A DNA stretch of 64,000 bases, taken from positions 512,001 through 576,000 of the forward strand of contig CBDIID010000003.1 in assembly GCA_965279515.1 (NCBI GenBank), read 5' to 3'. Below, piece by piece: positions 7,219 to 16,333 of the stretch. Made by a program: the position numbers and the translations under genes. This DNA comes from Turneriella sp. (lineage in GTDB: Bacteria > Spirochaetota > Leptospiria > Turneriellales > Turneriellaceae). Within the stretch, counting starts at the first letter, position 1. Each line of letters begins with the position of its first letter. The notes below the pieces were generated by a model. It made no database searches. It had not been told where the DNA came from and worked only from the letters and a program-made list of their open reading frames with translations.

Positions 7219-7900
7219 TTCTACTCCCAAATATCGCTGAGCCAATGCGTACGTGCGTCGCTCCCTCTGCAATGGCATACTCGTAATCACCGGACATCCC
7301 CATCGAAAGCATGCCCTGGTAGCCGGTAAAAATGCGCCGCGCCTGCAGTTTTTCAGAAAGGTCACGCAGAGTCGCAAAAGCCGAGCGGATCGTCTTCTCG
7401 TCCGTGGTATTTTCAGCCATCGTCATGAGACCCAGCACATCAATCGACGGGCAGCGTGCCACCATATCAATCAGGGCATCAAAGTCGGCAATGGCGACTC
7501 CGGACTTGTTCGCCTCGTGGCTGCAGTTGACCTGGATCAAAGTGCGTATTTTCTCACCCAATGCGCCAAACTGCTGCTGCAGTTTTTCGGCCAGCGAATT
7601 GCGGTCCAGCGAATGCAGGATCACATCAGAGGTCAGGAGTTTTACCTTATTCGTCTGCAATTGCCCAATCAGGTGCCAGTGGATGCCGCTGATACGCGCA
7701 CCCTTTTGTTTGTCGACGAGCTCGCCAATGCGGTTCTCGGCAAAATCTTTTTGTCCCAGCGTCGCGATCTCTTCGACCTGGGTGACGGGATGGGTTTTCG
7801 AGACCGCTATCAAATGCACATCTTCGGCTGCGCGCCCTGCTTTGGCACAGGCCGCGGCGATGCTTTCCAGCACACGGTGGTAGTTATCGTGAAGGCTCAA
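7190..7900 (-). CDS. yggS: PLP homeostasis protein YggS/PROSC
   Basis: LIAVSKTHP, FAENR, WHLIGQLQTNK, LSMGMSGDY, VRIGSAIFG. Confidence 0.95.
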   Translation of the reverse strand: MSLHDNYHRVLESIAAACAKAGRAAEDVHLIAVSKTHPVTQVEEIATLGQKDFAENRIGELVDKQKGARISGIHWHLIGQLQTNKVKLLTSDVILHSLDRNSLAEKLQQQFGALGEKIRTLIQVNCSHEANKSGVAIADFDALIDMVARCPSIDVLGLMTMAENTTDEKTIRSAFATLRDLSEKLQARRIFTGYQGMLSMGMSGDYEYAIAEGATHVRIGSAIFGSRTHTPGPSPL

Positions 7901-9393
7901 GGACCCGCAAACCCCGGGGTTGCCACAACGCCGTCTGCCGCGAGGCTACCCTGGTAACCCGTATTGATATTCGATGCATCGTAACCCGCATCCGCGGTAC
8001 TCGTTTGCACCAAGGTCGCGCAATCCGCTACGGGTGTACTAATCGCGTTCAGGCGGAGCGAGCGCTTCGGCAAACCCGCGCCACCGTTCGATGAGGCGGC
8101 ATTCCAGTTATTATAGGCGCATGCCATGGAATGTATGGTATTTCCAGATGCATCTTTGATTGTCATGGCACTCTCGCCGCCATTCGCCAGCGAAATGCCG
8201 CTGGTTTGAAAATCCAGCTTTTTAAATGCCTTGGCGGTGCTTTTGCCGACGGTCAGCACACCATTGGCCTTGATGGTCGTGCAGATCGGAAAGGATATTT
8301 CATTGCTGCTGCTGCCAACACCACCGAAACGCCAGCCGGTGAGAATCACGTCAAAGCTGTTCTTATTATAGATTTCAAAAAACTCATCGTCAGTGACGGC
8401 GGTGGCCGTACTGTCTTCGCTGCCCTGCCAGAGAAACTCGCTGTAATAGATCGTGTTTGCCGCAACACCTGTTGTCGGCCTGCAACCGGCGAAGGGATCA
8501 TACCAGGTCGAATAATCCGGAATATCATAGACGCTGCCGGCTTTGTCATACGGCCCTTCTGCGAGAAGTTTGACATTGATTTCAATGCGCGGCGACACCA
8601 GGTCAGGTTCAATCGGGCGCTTCCAGCCCGAGGAAGCAACATCGAAACGATCTTCGGAATCAGCTGCGGTTTTCATGGCATTGAAGTGCACGGCGAAATA
8701 TGCGTAATACCGGTCACCATCCTGGACCGGGTGGTTGAGGCTGTTAAAGAGATTATAGTCCAGGATATACGACGAAGCGTAACCTTTGCCGTCGGTAGCG
8801 TAAACCTGCAAAGTGTATGTCGTCAGGTTTTTATTAAAATACCGTATGGGGTGCGCGTTCACTCCGCATTCAAACTTATTGTAATTGGGATTTCCCTGGA
8901 AGGGATTGCGGATGCACTGCCAGACATCGGCGTCCGGAAAACCCGCCGGGTCAGCGGGTTTTGTCGACGGATAGGTATGGCCCTCATCGGCAATCAGGGT
9001 CGGATAATACGAGTTAAAATCCGCATCGTACCCAAAATGTCCTGGCTCGTTGGTGAATCCCAATGAATCGACTTTTTCATTTTTGAAAATCAGGCCATCC
9101 TCACACTTCTTGCGGTCGGCCGCGGCGGTACAACTCAGGCTATAATCTTTTTTCTTGAAGAGATAGAGGGAGATCATGCTCTGCTCGGTAAAACGCGAAT
9201 CGCCGGAGATGCCCCGGTTCGAGAGGTTGGCAACGATTTGACCGGCGGCCGTCTGTTGCACGGCGCCCTGGTTCGGCGGTTCAGACCCATTCGAGCCCGC
9301 CTTGCAATAAAATGCACCGCCAAGCAAAAAGCAAACGAATGCAATGCGGAGTAACCCCACACCGCAGCCCATCCGCCGCTGATAAAACGGCAA
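7897..9393 (-). CDS. Exported (lipo)protein with C-terminal lamin-tail domain
   Basis: Hydrophobic N-terminus ending AFYC; IYYSEFLW...DEFFEIYN...LTGW...ISLANGGE lamin-tail pattern; start may be 9372. Confidence 0.7.
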   Translation of the reverse strand: MPFYQRRMGCGVGLLRIAFVCFLLGGAFYCKAGSNGSEPPNQGAVQQTAAGQIVANLSNRGISGDSRFTEQSMISLYLFKKKDYSLSCTAAADRKKCEDGLIFKNEKVDSLGFTNEPGHFGYDADFNSYYPTLIADEGHTYPSTKPADPAGFPDADVWQCIRNPFQGNPNYNKFECGVNAHPIRYFNKNLTTYTLQVYATDGKGYASSYILDYNLFNSLNHPVQDGDRYYAYFAVHFNAMKTAADSEDRFDVASSGWKRPIEPDLVSPRIEINVKLLAEGPYDKAGSVYDIPDYSTWYDPFAGCRPTTGVAANTIYYSEFLWQGSEDSTATAVTDDEFFEIYNKNSFDVILTGWRFGGVGSSSNEISFPICTTIKANGVLTVGKSTAKAFKKLDFQTSGISLANGGESAMTIKDASGNTIHSMACAYNNWNAASSNGGAGLPKRSLRLNAISTPVADCATLVQTSTADAGYDASNINTGYQGSLAADGVVATPGFAGP

Positions 9394-9492
9394 TCACTTT
9401 ACCGTAACTGTCCCGGGGAAAATCCCGCACCCCCATTTTGCGAAGCATTGACGCGGTGTGTCAAAAGCCTGCCCTGCCTTATGAATGAAACT

Positions 9493-9918
9493 ATGTTTAC
9501 TATAGCCCAAGCAGCACCTGTACCGGTAACAACCCCCGGCGCTGCACCAGCGGCAGCCCCGGGTGCAGCACCCGCCGCAGGCTCTGCAACAACAGCAGCG
9601 CCTGGTACAGCAGCAAAACCCGCACAGGGTGGCGACATGTCGAGCGCACTTTCGAGCTTCGCACTTCCCGTGCTGATGATCGTGGTATTTTATTTCCTGC
9701 TGATTCGTCCCCAGCAAAAGCGTGAAAAAGAGAAACAAAAACAACTCAAGGCCATGGAAAAAGGCGACCGCGTACTGACAGCGGGCGGCATCTACGGCAC
9801 TGTTGTTGGCGTGAAGCCTGAAGAGAACCTCGCGATCATTAAAATCGCTGACGACGTCAAAGTCGAAGTGGCGATCTCAACGCTGAACGGCGTTATCAAC
9901 AAAGCTTCGGCAGCCTGA
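9493..9918 (+). CDS. yajC: Preprotein translocase subunit YajC with Pro/Ala-rich N-terminal extension
   Basis: FYFLLIRPQQKR...KGDRVLTAGGIYGTV; start 9481 or 9493. Confidence 0.93.
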   Translation: MFTIAQAAPVPVTTPGAAPAAAPGAAPAAGSATTAAPGTAAKPAQGGDMSSALSSFALPVLMIVVFYFLLIRPQQKREKEKQKQLKAMEKGDRVLTAGGIYGTVVGVKPEENLAIIKIADDVKVEVAISTLNGVINKASAA

Positions 9919-9939
9919 TTTTCAGGCGGATAGCCTTAA

Positions 9940-10518
9940 GTGAAGCGCGCGCTGATCGTATTGAGTATTTTGTTGGCTATGGCTCAGGTGAGCTACGCCG
10001 TTTCCGCCCCAGATGACCTTATGTCAGGCGGAAACCCAGAGGCCTCGTACCTCACGCAAAATATCTTCGATGACGAAGCTCTCGAAAAGCCTGAGGTGAA
10101 ACCCGCAAAGCCGGCAGACGATTCTGCAAAACCTGCCGCCAAACCTGGCAAGAAAAAGAAAAAGGCTAAGAAAAAGAAGAAATCCGCAGCTAAGGAAACC
10201 ACTGCAAGCAGTGGTAGCTCCTATTCACCGGAAGAAGTTGCCCGCGCTTCGTATGCCTGGGCGCCTGAAACCGAGCCTGTCGTTATCTCCACTCTTGCCC
10301 CTGGCATGAAAGGTTTGCCGGTCAAAGATTCGGCAAGACCCGTGGCCGTTGCCATGAAGCCCGAAACCATCGATGAGAAGCCTTCGCCACAGGGTGGCGG
10401 CGGCTTCAAATTGCCGCAAATACCCCTGGCGCAGGTTTTAATTGTCGCCGGGTTTGTAATTTTGTTTCTGATCTACCGCTTCCGCGTGGGCAGACAAATA
10501 AAACGTAAAAGATATTAA
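9940..10518 (+). CDS. Exported membrane-anchored protein with poly-Lys tract
   Basis: Signal peptide, KKKKKAKKKKK tract, C-terminal TM plus basic tail. Confidence 0.75.
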   Translation: MKRALIVLSILLAMAQVSYAVSAPDDLMSGGNPEASYLTQNIFDDEALEKPEVKPAKPADDSAKPAAKPGKKKKKAKKKKKSAAKETTASSGSSYSPEEVARASYAWAPETEPVVISTLAPGMKGLPVKDSARPVAVAMKPETIDEKPSPQGGGGFKLPQIPLAQVLIVAGFVILFLIYRFRVGRQIKRKRY

Positions 10519-10527
10519 GGAATTCCC

Positions 10528-12417
10528 GTGAGTGCACAAGTTCGTTTCTTTTTGATCGTGATTGTTGTGGGGTTATCGGTCGCCCTGATTTGGCCGAATA
10601 TCGGCGAGCGTACGATTCGGCTCTATGCCAATGAGACGCTGCCCGACCCCAAGCGCGAAGAAATTCTTCAGCGCGCTGAAAAGTATGTGGCCGATAACTA
10701 CAAGGGCAAGTACAAGACAGAACGCAAAACCGGCAAGCCGATCGGCAACCCAAAAGCCGCCGACGAAGCTTATCTCAGCATCACAGGCAAATTTGTACAG
10801 ACCGCATTTTTAAACGAACTCGGTCGCCTCGAGGGCATCGACGCCAGCCGTGTCGCGCTCGAACCAATGTGGGTCGAAGAAAACCTTAAGGCAAAACCCT
10901 TTAAACTGGGCCTCGACCTCCAGGGCGGTATGAACCTCGTGCTCGAGGGCGACTTTAAGAAACTCGAAGAGCAGCTCAAACGCCAGTACCCACCCGAGCT
11001 TGTGACACAGACCCAGAAGCAAATGGAAGCGGAAAAAGATCCGGAAAAAAAGAAAACCCTGCAGAATAAACTCGAAGAAATCAAGAATGCCTTTGATTTC
11101 ACACCGCAGCGCCGCAAACAGGATGTTGAAGGCGCCAAAGAAATCTTAAGCTCGCGTATCAATGCCAGCGGTGTTTCAGAGCCGCTCATCCGTCTCCAGG
11201 GCAATGAGCAAATCGAAATCTCGCTCCCCGGTGTTGCGAACCCCGACCAGGCGAAAAAACTCATCGCTTCGACCGCGCGCGTCGCCTACCACCTGCATGA
11301 CCCGGCGGGCGATGCAGGCCGTCTGACGCAGGAAGCCAACCGCGAATTCCCGGATTTCCTCAAGCAGGACACTGAGTTCAAGAAGCAGGAGTTTATCCGC
11401 AAGCTTGAAGCCAAACTCAAATTCCCGAAAAATTTAGGTGTCTATCTCTATTATGATAAAAAGGCCAATACGCGGGGTGTCGGCGAATGGCAGCCACGCG
11501 AGTTTATGGTGCTGGAAAACCAGCCCGTCTTAACCGGTGACGCGATGAGCCGCACGGTCTATGCAACGGTTGACCCTGAAAAGGGCCAGAACATTGTCAG
11601 CTTCGAGCTGACAGCCGCAGGCACAGACACGTTTGCCAAAGTTACTTCTGAAAATAAAGGTAAACTTTTAGCCATCCTCATCGATAGCCGCATACGCTCG
11701 GCGCCGCAGATCAATGAACCGATCTTGGGTGGCCGCGGACAGATCAGCGGTAACTTCACAGGCCAGGAAGCGAACGACCTCGCGCTCATCATTAAAGAAG
11801 GAGCGCTACCCGTTCCGATGACGATCGTCGAAGAACGCTCTGTTGGGCCGACACTCGGACAGGAAGCTATCGATGCCGGGGTGAAGGCGATCCTCATTGG
11901 TTTTATGCTGGTTTTTGCTTATATGCTGCTGTATTATCACGGCGCCGGGTTTGTGGCCAGCCTATCGCTGCTCATCAACCTTTTGCTCATGTCGGCGATC
12001 TTTGCGCTGATGGACTTTACCATCACGCTGCCGGGTCTTGCCGGGGTGGTACTCACCATGGGTATGGCGGTCGACTCGAACGTTATTATCTATGAGCGTA
12101 TCCGCGAAGAACTCGCGCGCGGTAAATCGGTGAAACTCGCCGTGGCGGCGGGTTTTGAGCGCGCGACGCTGACGATCATCGACAGTAACCTCACAACACT
12201 CATTGCCGCAATCATTCTGGCATCGAAACTGGGTGTTGGCCCGATCAAAGGCTTCGGTGTAACGCTGTTCGTGGGTATCGTGACAACGCTCTTCACAGCG
12301 CTCATTGTCACGCGCGCCGTTATGGAATGGCTTGCGTACACGATCGAAATTAAATCGCTCTCGATAGGTTTCGGTAAACACCGCAAAGCCTCTAAACTTT
12401 CGGCAGGTAAAGTATGA
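10528..12417 (+). CDS. secD: Protein translocase subunit SecD
   Basis: KLGLDLQGG, VGPTLG, GMAVDSNVIIYERIREE. Confidence 0.97.
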   Translation: MSAQVRFFLIVIVVGLSVALIWPNIGERTIRLYANETLPDPKREEILQRAEKYVADNYKGKYKTERKTGKPIGNPKAADEAYLSITGKFVQTAFLNELGRLEGIDASRVALEPMWVEENLKAKPFKLGLDLQGGMNLVLEGDFKKLEEQLKRQYPPELVTQTQKQMEAEKDPEKKKTLQNKLEEIKNAFDFTPQRRKQDVEGAKEILSSRINASGVSEPLIRLQGNEQIEISLPGVANPDQAKKLIASTARVAYHLHDPAGDAGRLTQEANREFPDFLKQDTEFKKQEFIRKLEAKLKFPKNLGVYLYYDKKANTRGVGEWQPREFMVLENQPVLTGDAMSRTVYATVDPEKGQNIVSFELTAAGTDTFAKVTSENKGKLLAILIDSRIRSAPQINEPILGGRGQISGNFTGQEANDLALIIKEGALPVPMTIVEERSVGPTLGQEAIDAGVKAILIGFMLVFAYMLLYYHGAGFVASLSLLINLLLMSAIFALMDFTITLPGLAGVVLTMGMAVDSNVIIYERIREELARGKSVKLAVAAGFERATLTIIDSNLTTLIAAIILASKLGVGPIKGFGVTLFVGIVTTLFTALIVTRAVMEWLAYTIEIKSLSIGFGKHRKASKLSAGKV

Positions 12418-13367
12418 ATTTCCACGTAATGCGTTTTAAATGGTTTAACCTGAGCTTTTCGACGATCCTGCTTGTCGGCCTTTTGGTCGTTACATTCCAG
12501 AAGTTCGGTGGCTTCGCGCTGAGCATTGATTTTGCCGGTGGTATCAAACTCGAACTCAAAAAAGCCGAGGGTCTCACCGCTGAATCACTCCGCACCTTTC
12601 TTGAAAAAGAACAAATCAGCGCCACGGTGCAGCTTGTCGACAAGGCATCGGGCGATCGCATGAAGATTGAAATCGGCGGCAAAGCGCAACAAGACCTGAC
12701 ACAACGTGCAGAGAATACGCGCAAAGAACTCGAAGCCGCTGGTTACCCTGTAAACGCCATCGATTACACCAAATATCTGATCCAGACAAAACTTTTGCCT
12801 GCGAAAGCCGCGAAGATTGATTTCTCTGCGGCAGAACAGGTCGGGCCGACGATCGGTAAATACCTGCAAACGAATGCGCTCTATCTCGTGGGGATTGCCC
12901 TCTTGCTGATCACGATCTATGTCGCGTTCCGCTTTCGTTTGAATTTTGCCTTAGGCGCCCTTATCGCATCGGTGCACGACCTCATCATCACGGTCGGCGT
13001 GATTGGAGTTTTCCAGATACCCCTCTCGGTACCGGTCGTCGCCGCGCTGCTGACCATCCTCGGTTATTCCATCAACGATACAATTGTGATCTTTGACCGT
13101 ATCCGCGAGAATATCCATGGCCAGGAAGAGCTCGGAATCGAACACGTGGTCGATAAATCGATCATGCAGTCGCTCACGCGGACGATCAATACCACGGGAA
13201 CGACGCTCATCTCTATCATACCCATCTATCTTTTTGGCGACGACAGCCTCAAAGACCTCGCGAAGGTATTGATTTTCGGAATTCTGATCGGTACATATTC
13301 TTCTAACTTTGTCGCAGCCCCGATTGTCGTGATCTGGGATAACCTTATGAAACGGAGGGCAGCATGA
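12414..13367 (+). CDS. secF: Protein translocase subunit SecF
   Basis: SIDFAGG, GYSINDTIVIFDRIREN, GTYSS. Confidence 0.97.
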   Translation: MNFHVMRFKWFNLSFSTILLVGLLVVTFQKFGGFALSIDFAGGIKLELKKAEGLTAESLRTFLEKEQISATVQLVDKASGDRMKIEIGGKAQQDLTQRAENTRKELEAAGYPVNAIDYTKYLIQTKLLPAKAAKIDFSAAEQVGPTIGKYLQTNALYLVGIALLLITIYVAFRFRLNFALGALIASVHDLIITVGVIGVFQIPLSVPVVAALLTILGYSINDTIVIFDRIRENIHGQEELGIEHVVDKSIMQSLTRTINTTGTTLISIIPIYLFGDDSLKDLAKVLIFGILIGTYSSNFVAAPIVVIWDNLMKRRAA

Positions 13368-14491
13368 AACTGGCCGTCGCAAAAGAAACTATTACCGGTG
13401 AAAAGCGTGTCGCGCTGATTCCGGAGAGCATTAAGAAACTCAAAGCCAAAGGATTTACCATTGCCGTGGAGCACGGCGCGGGTGCAGGCTCTTTCATTTC
13501 CGACAAGGATTTTGAAGAGGCTGGTGCAGAACTCGTCAGCGCCGCCGACCTTAAATCGGCAGACGCCATTCTCAAGGTTCGCCCGCCCTCAACACAGGAA
13601 ATCGATTCTTATAAAGACGGCGGCTGGATTTTTGCAACACTCGACCCGATCAATAAAGCAGAAAATATCGCGGCGTATGAGAAGAAAAAGTCCACGGCCT
13701 TCGCCATGGAATTCATCCCCCGCATCACGCTCGCGCAATCGATGGACGTATTGAGCTCCATGGCATCGATCGCCGGTTACCGCGCCGTGCTGATGGCATC
13801 ACAGGAATTCGATCGCTTCTTTCCGATGCTCATGACTGCAGCCGGCACAATTTCACCCGCAAAAGCCTTTGTGCTGGGCGCCGGCGTCGCCGGTCTTCAG
13901 GCCATCGCCACGGCGAAACGCCTGGGTGCGGTCGTTGAGGCCTTTGACGTACGCGCGGCGGCCGCTGAACAGGTGGAAAGTCTAGGCGCCAAATTCGTGA
14001 AAATGGAAATTACCGAAAACCTGCAGGACGAACAGGGTTATGCGAAAGAAGCATCTCCTGAATTTATCGCCCGGCAGAAAGAACTGCTGCATAAACATAT
14101 CGCAAAATCAGATATTGTTATTACCACGGCGGCCATTTTCGGAAAAAAAGCACCGATCCTTATCGAAGATTATATGGTGAAGAGCATGAAACCAGGTTCG
14201 GTGATCATCGACCTCGCATCAGAAACCGGTGGTAACTGCACGCTGACAAAACACGGCGAGACGGTGGAAGTGGACGGCGTGAGAATTTTCGCCCCCGCGA
14301 ATATCACATCGACGATGGCAAGCGCGGCAAGCCGCATGCTCTCGAAAAACATGGAAAACCTGCTCGTGTATCTTTTCGAAAACGGTGCCCTGGCGCGCGA
14401 TTTTGCGACGGATGAAATTCTAAAGCGCAGCGTCATCACACGCGAAGGCGTGCTGGTTTCTGAAATCGTCAAAAAGGCAACCGGTAAATAG
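13364..14491 (+). CDS. pntAA: NAD(P) transhydrogenase alpha subunit, part 1 (domain I)
   Basis: EKRVALIP, PRITLAQSMDVLSS, GAGVAGLQAIATAKRLGA. Confidence 0.95.
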   Translation: MKLAVAKETITGEKRVALIPESIKKLKAKGFTIAVEHGAGAGSFISDKDFEEAGAELVSAADLKSADAILKVRPPSTQEIDSYKDGGWIFATLDPINKAENIAAYEKKKSTAFAMEFIPRITLAQSMDVLSSMASIAGYRAVLMASQEFDRFFPMLMTAAGTISPAKAFVLGAGVAGLQAIATAKRLGAVVEAFDVRAAAAEQVESLGAKFVKMEITENLQDEQGYAKEASPEFIARQKELLHKHIAKSDIVITTAAIFGKKAPILIEDYMVKSMKPGSVIIDLASETGGNCTLTKHGETVEVDGVRIFAPANITSTMASAASRMLSKNMENLLVYLFENGALARDFATDEILKRSVITREGVLVSEIVKKATGK

Positions 14492-14499
14492 GAGAAAAC

Positions 14500-14820
14500 A
14501 TGGATATCTTAGCTCCCCTCTACATTTTTATCCTCGCGGCCTTCGTGGGTTACAATGTCATCCACAAAGTTCCGCCCCTGCTCCACACGCCGCTGATGTC
14601 GGCCACCAACGCGATTTCGGCGATCTCTGTCGTCGGAGCGATTATCGTCGCGGGCATGGAACACTCAGGCGGTGATTCACCGACCCTCGCCATCATTATG
14701 GCGGTCGTGGCAGTTGCTGCTGCGATGACAAACGTGGTCGGCGGATTTTTGATCACCGACCGCATGCTGAGAATGTTCAAAAAAGATAAGCCTGCAGCAA
14801 CTGAAGAAGGCAAAAAATGA
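14500..14820 (+). CDS. pntAB: NAD(P) transhydrogenase alpha subunit, part 2
   Basis: VPPLLHTPLMSATNAIS, NVVGGFLITDRML. Confidence 0.95.
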   Translation: MDILAPLYIFILAAFVGYNVIHKVPPLLHTPLMSATNAISAISVVGAIIVAGMEHSGGDSPTLAIIMAVVAVAAAMTNVVGGFLITDRMLRMFKKDKPAATEEGKK

Positions 14821-16253
14821 TCGATAACTACGTAAGAAAACTTTTCACTTCATTCGCCGGCGATCAGGAAATCCGCCTGATCATCGGTATCGCCTACCTG
14901 GTTGCATCGGTATTCTTTATCATGGGCCTCAAGTTCATGAGCTCGCCGCGCACCGCGCGCCGCGGTATGTTTATGGCTGAGGCCGGTATGGCGCTCGCGA
15001 TCGTGACAACGCTGCTCGACCAGGAAATTATCAGCCTCGAATGGATCATTATTGGTCTCTTCATCGGCTCGATCGCCGGCTATATCATGGCAATCTATAC
15101 GCCGATGACGGCGATGCCGCAACGGACTGCGCTTTCACACGCTTTCGGCGCCTTGGCCGCGATGCTCGTCGGTGTGACCAAATATTATACAGGCCACGTC
15201 AAAGGCGACGATCACGGTGTGATGATTGCTATTGGCCTTGAAGTGCTTTTGGGTGCGATGACATTCACCGGCTCGATGATTGCCTTCGGAAAATTGCAGG
15301 GCACCCTACCGGGAGCCCCCATCCAGTACAAGGGCCAGAACATTATCAATTTTGTCATTATCGGCGTACTCGTTGGGTCGTTTGGCTATCTGGTTTATAA
15401 TCCGGGCGCCTCGATGTTGTTCTATGTCCTCGCGGGAGTTTCGCTCGTTTTCGGTGTCAGTTTGGTACTGCCCATCGGTGCGGCGGATATGCCGGTGGTC
15501 ATGTCACTCCTTAACGCGTATGCGGGTCTTGCCGGTTGCGCGACAGGTTTTGCGCTCAATAACAATGTTCTCATTATTGCAGGTGCTCTCGACGGCGCGT
15601 CAGGGGTCATCCTTTCGATTATCATGACCAAAGCGATGAACCGCTCCATGACCAATGTTCTTTTTGGTGGCTTTGGTGCTGTTGCCGAAGTTGCGGAAGC
15701 CCGTGAAATGAAAGGCACTATTAAGAGCCAGTCAGCCGAAGAAGCGGCCTCGATTCTTGACATTGCCGACAGGGTGATCATCGTTCCGGGTTACGGTATG
15801 GCCGTCTCCCAGGCGCAGCATAGCTGTAAGAAACTCGTGGATTACCTCATTAAAAAAGGTAAGACCGTGCGTTTTGCCATCCACCCTGTTGCCGGCCGTA
15901 TGCCGGGTCACATGAACGTTCTGCTCGCCGAGGCGGGTGTCGACTATGACCTGCTCTGCGATATGGAGTCGATCAACGACGATTTCGGCACCACCGATGT
16001 TTCGATCGTCATCGGCGCCAACGACGTTGTGAACCCTGCCGCGAAAGACGATAAGGCGAGCCCGATCTATGGCATGCCGATTCTGAACGTCGATGCGTCG
16101 CGTACCGTCATGGTACTCAAGCGCGGTATGAACCCTGGTTTTTCGGGAATTGAAAACGAGCTCTTCTACAAAGACAATTGCGTCATGGTTTTTGGTGATG
16201 CGAAGAAGACCCTCGACGGTTTCGTCGCGGGTCTTGTCGAGCTCGACCAGTAG
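14817..16253 (+). CDS. pntB: NAD(P) transhydrogenase beta subunit
   Basis: IGAADMPVV, VPGYGMAV, HPVAGRMPGHMNVLLAEA, IGANDVVNP. Confidence 0.97.
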   Translation: MIDNYVRKLFTSFAGDQEIRLIIGIAYLVASVFFIMGLKFMSSPRTARRGMFMAEAGMALAIVTTLLDQEIISLEWIIIGLFIGSIAGYIMAIYTPMTAMPQRTALSHAFGALAAMLVGVTKYYTGHVKGDDHGVMIAIGLEVLLGAMTFTGSMIAFGKLQGTLPGAPIQYKGQNIINFVIIGVLVGSFGYLVYNPGASMLFYVLAGVSLVFGVSLVLPIGAADMPVVMSLLNAYAGLAGCATGFALNNNVLIIAGALDGASGVILSIIMTKAMNRSMTNVLFGGFGAVAEVAEAREMKGTIKSQSAEEAASILDIADRVIIVPGYGMAVSQAQHSCKKLVDYLIKKGKTVRFAIHPVAGRMPGHMNVLLAEAGVDYDLLCDMESINDDFGTTDVSIVIGANDVVNPAAKDDKASPIYGMPILNVDASRTVMVLKRGMNPGFSGIENELFYKDNCVMVFGDAKKTLDGFVAGLVELDQ

Positions 16254-16330
16254 GAGCCAATTGCAGCAGACCGCTCTTGCGGTCTGGCGTTTCTTCGAAA
16301 CGCTAGCCTACGGGCGACTGCGATTGGCTC
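16254..16330. repeat. Branched palindromic element between convergent genes
   Basis: 13-bp closing stem GAGCCAATTGCAG/CTGCGATTGGCTC enclosing three hairpins. Confidence 0.65.
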
Positions 16331-16333
16331 GTA

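Noticed and set aside
7253..9066. Long antisense ORFs (7253-7957, 8131-9066 and similar throughout)
   Set aside because: Shadow frames of well-supported opposite-strand genes, with no motifs.
16254..16330. tRNA-like cloverleaf
   Set aside because: No T-loop or D-loop consensus, closing stem too long, no 7-nt anticodon loop.
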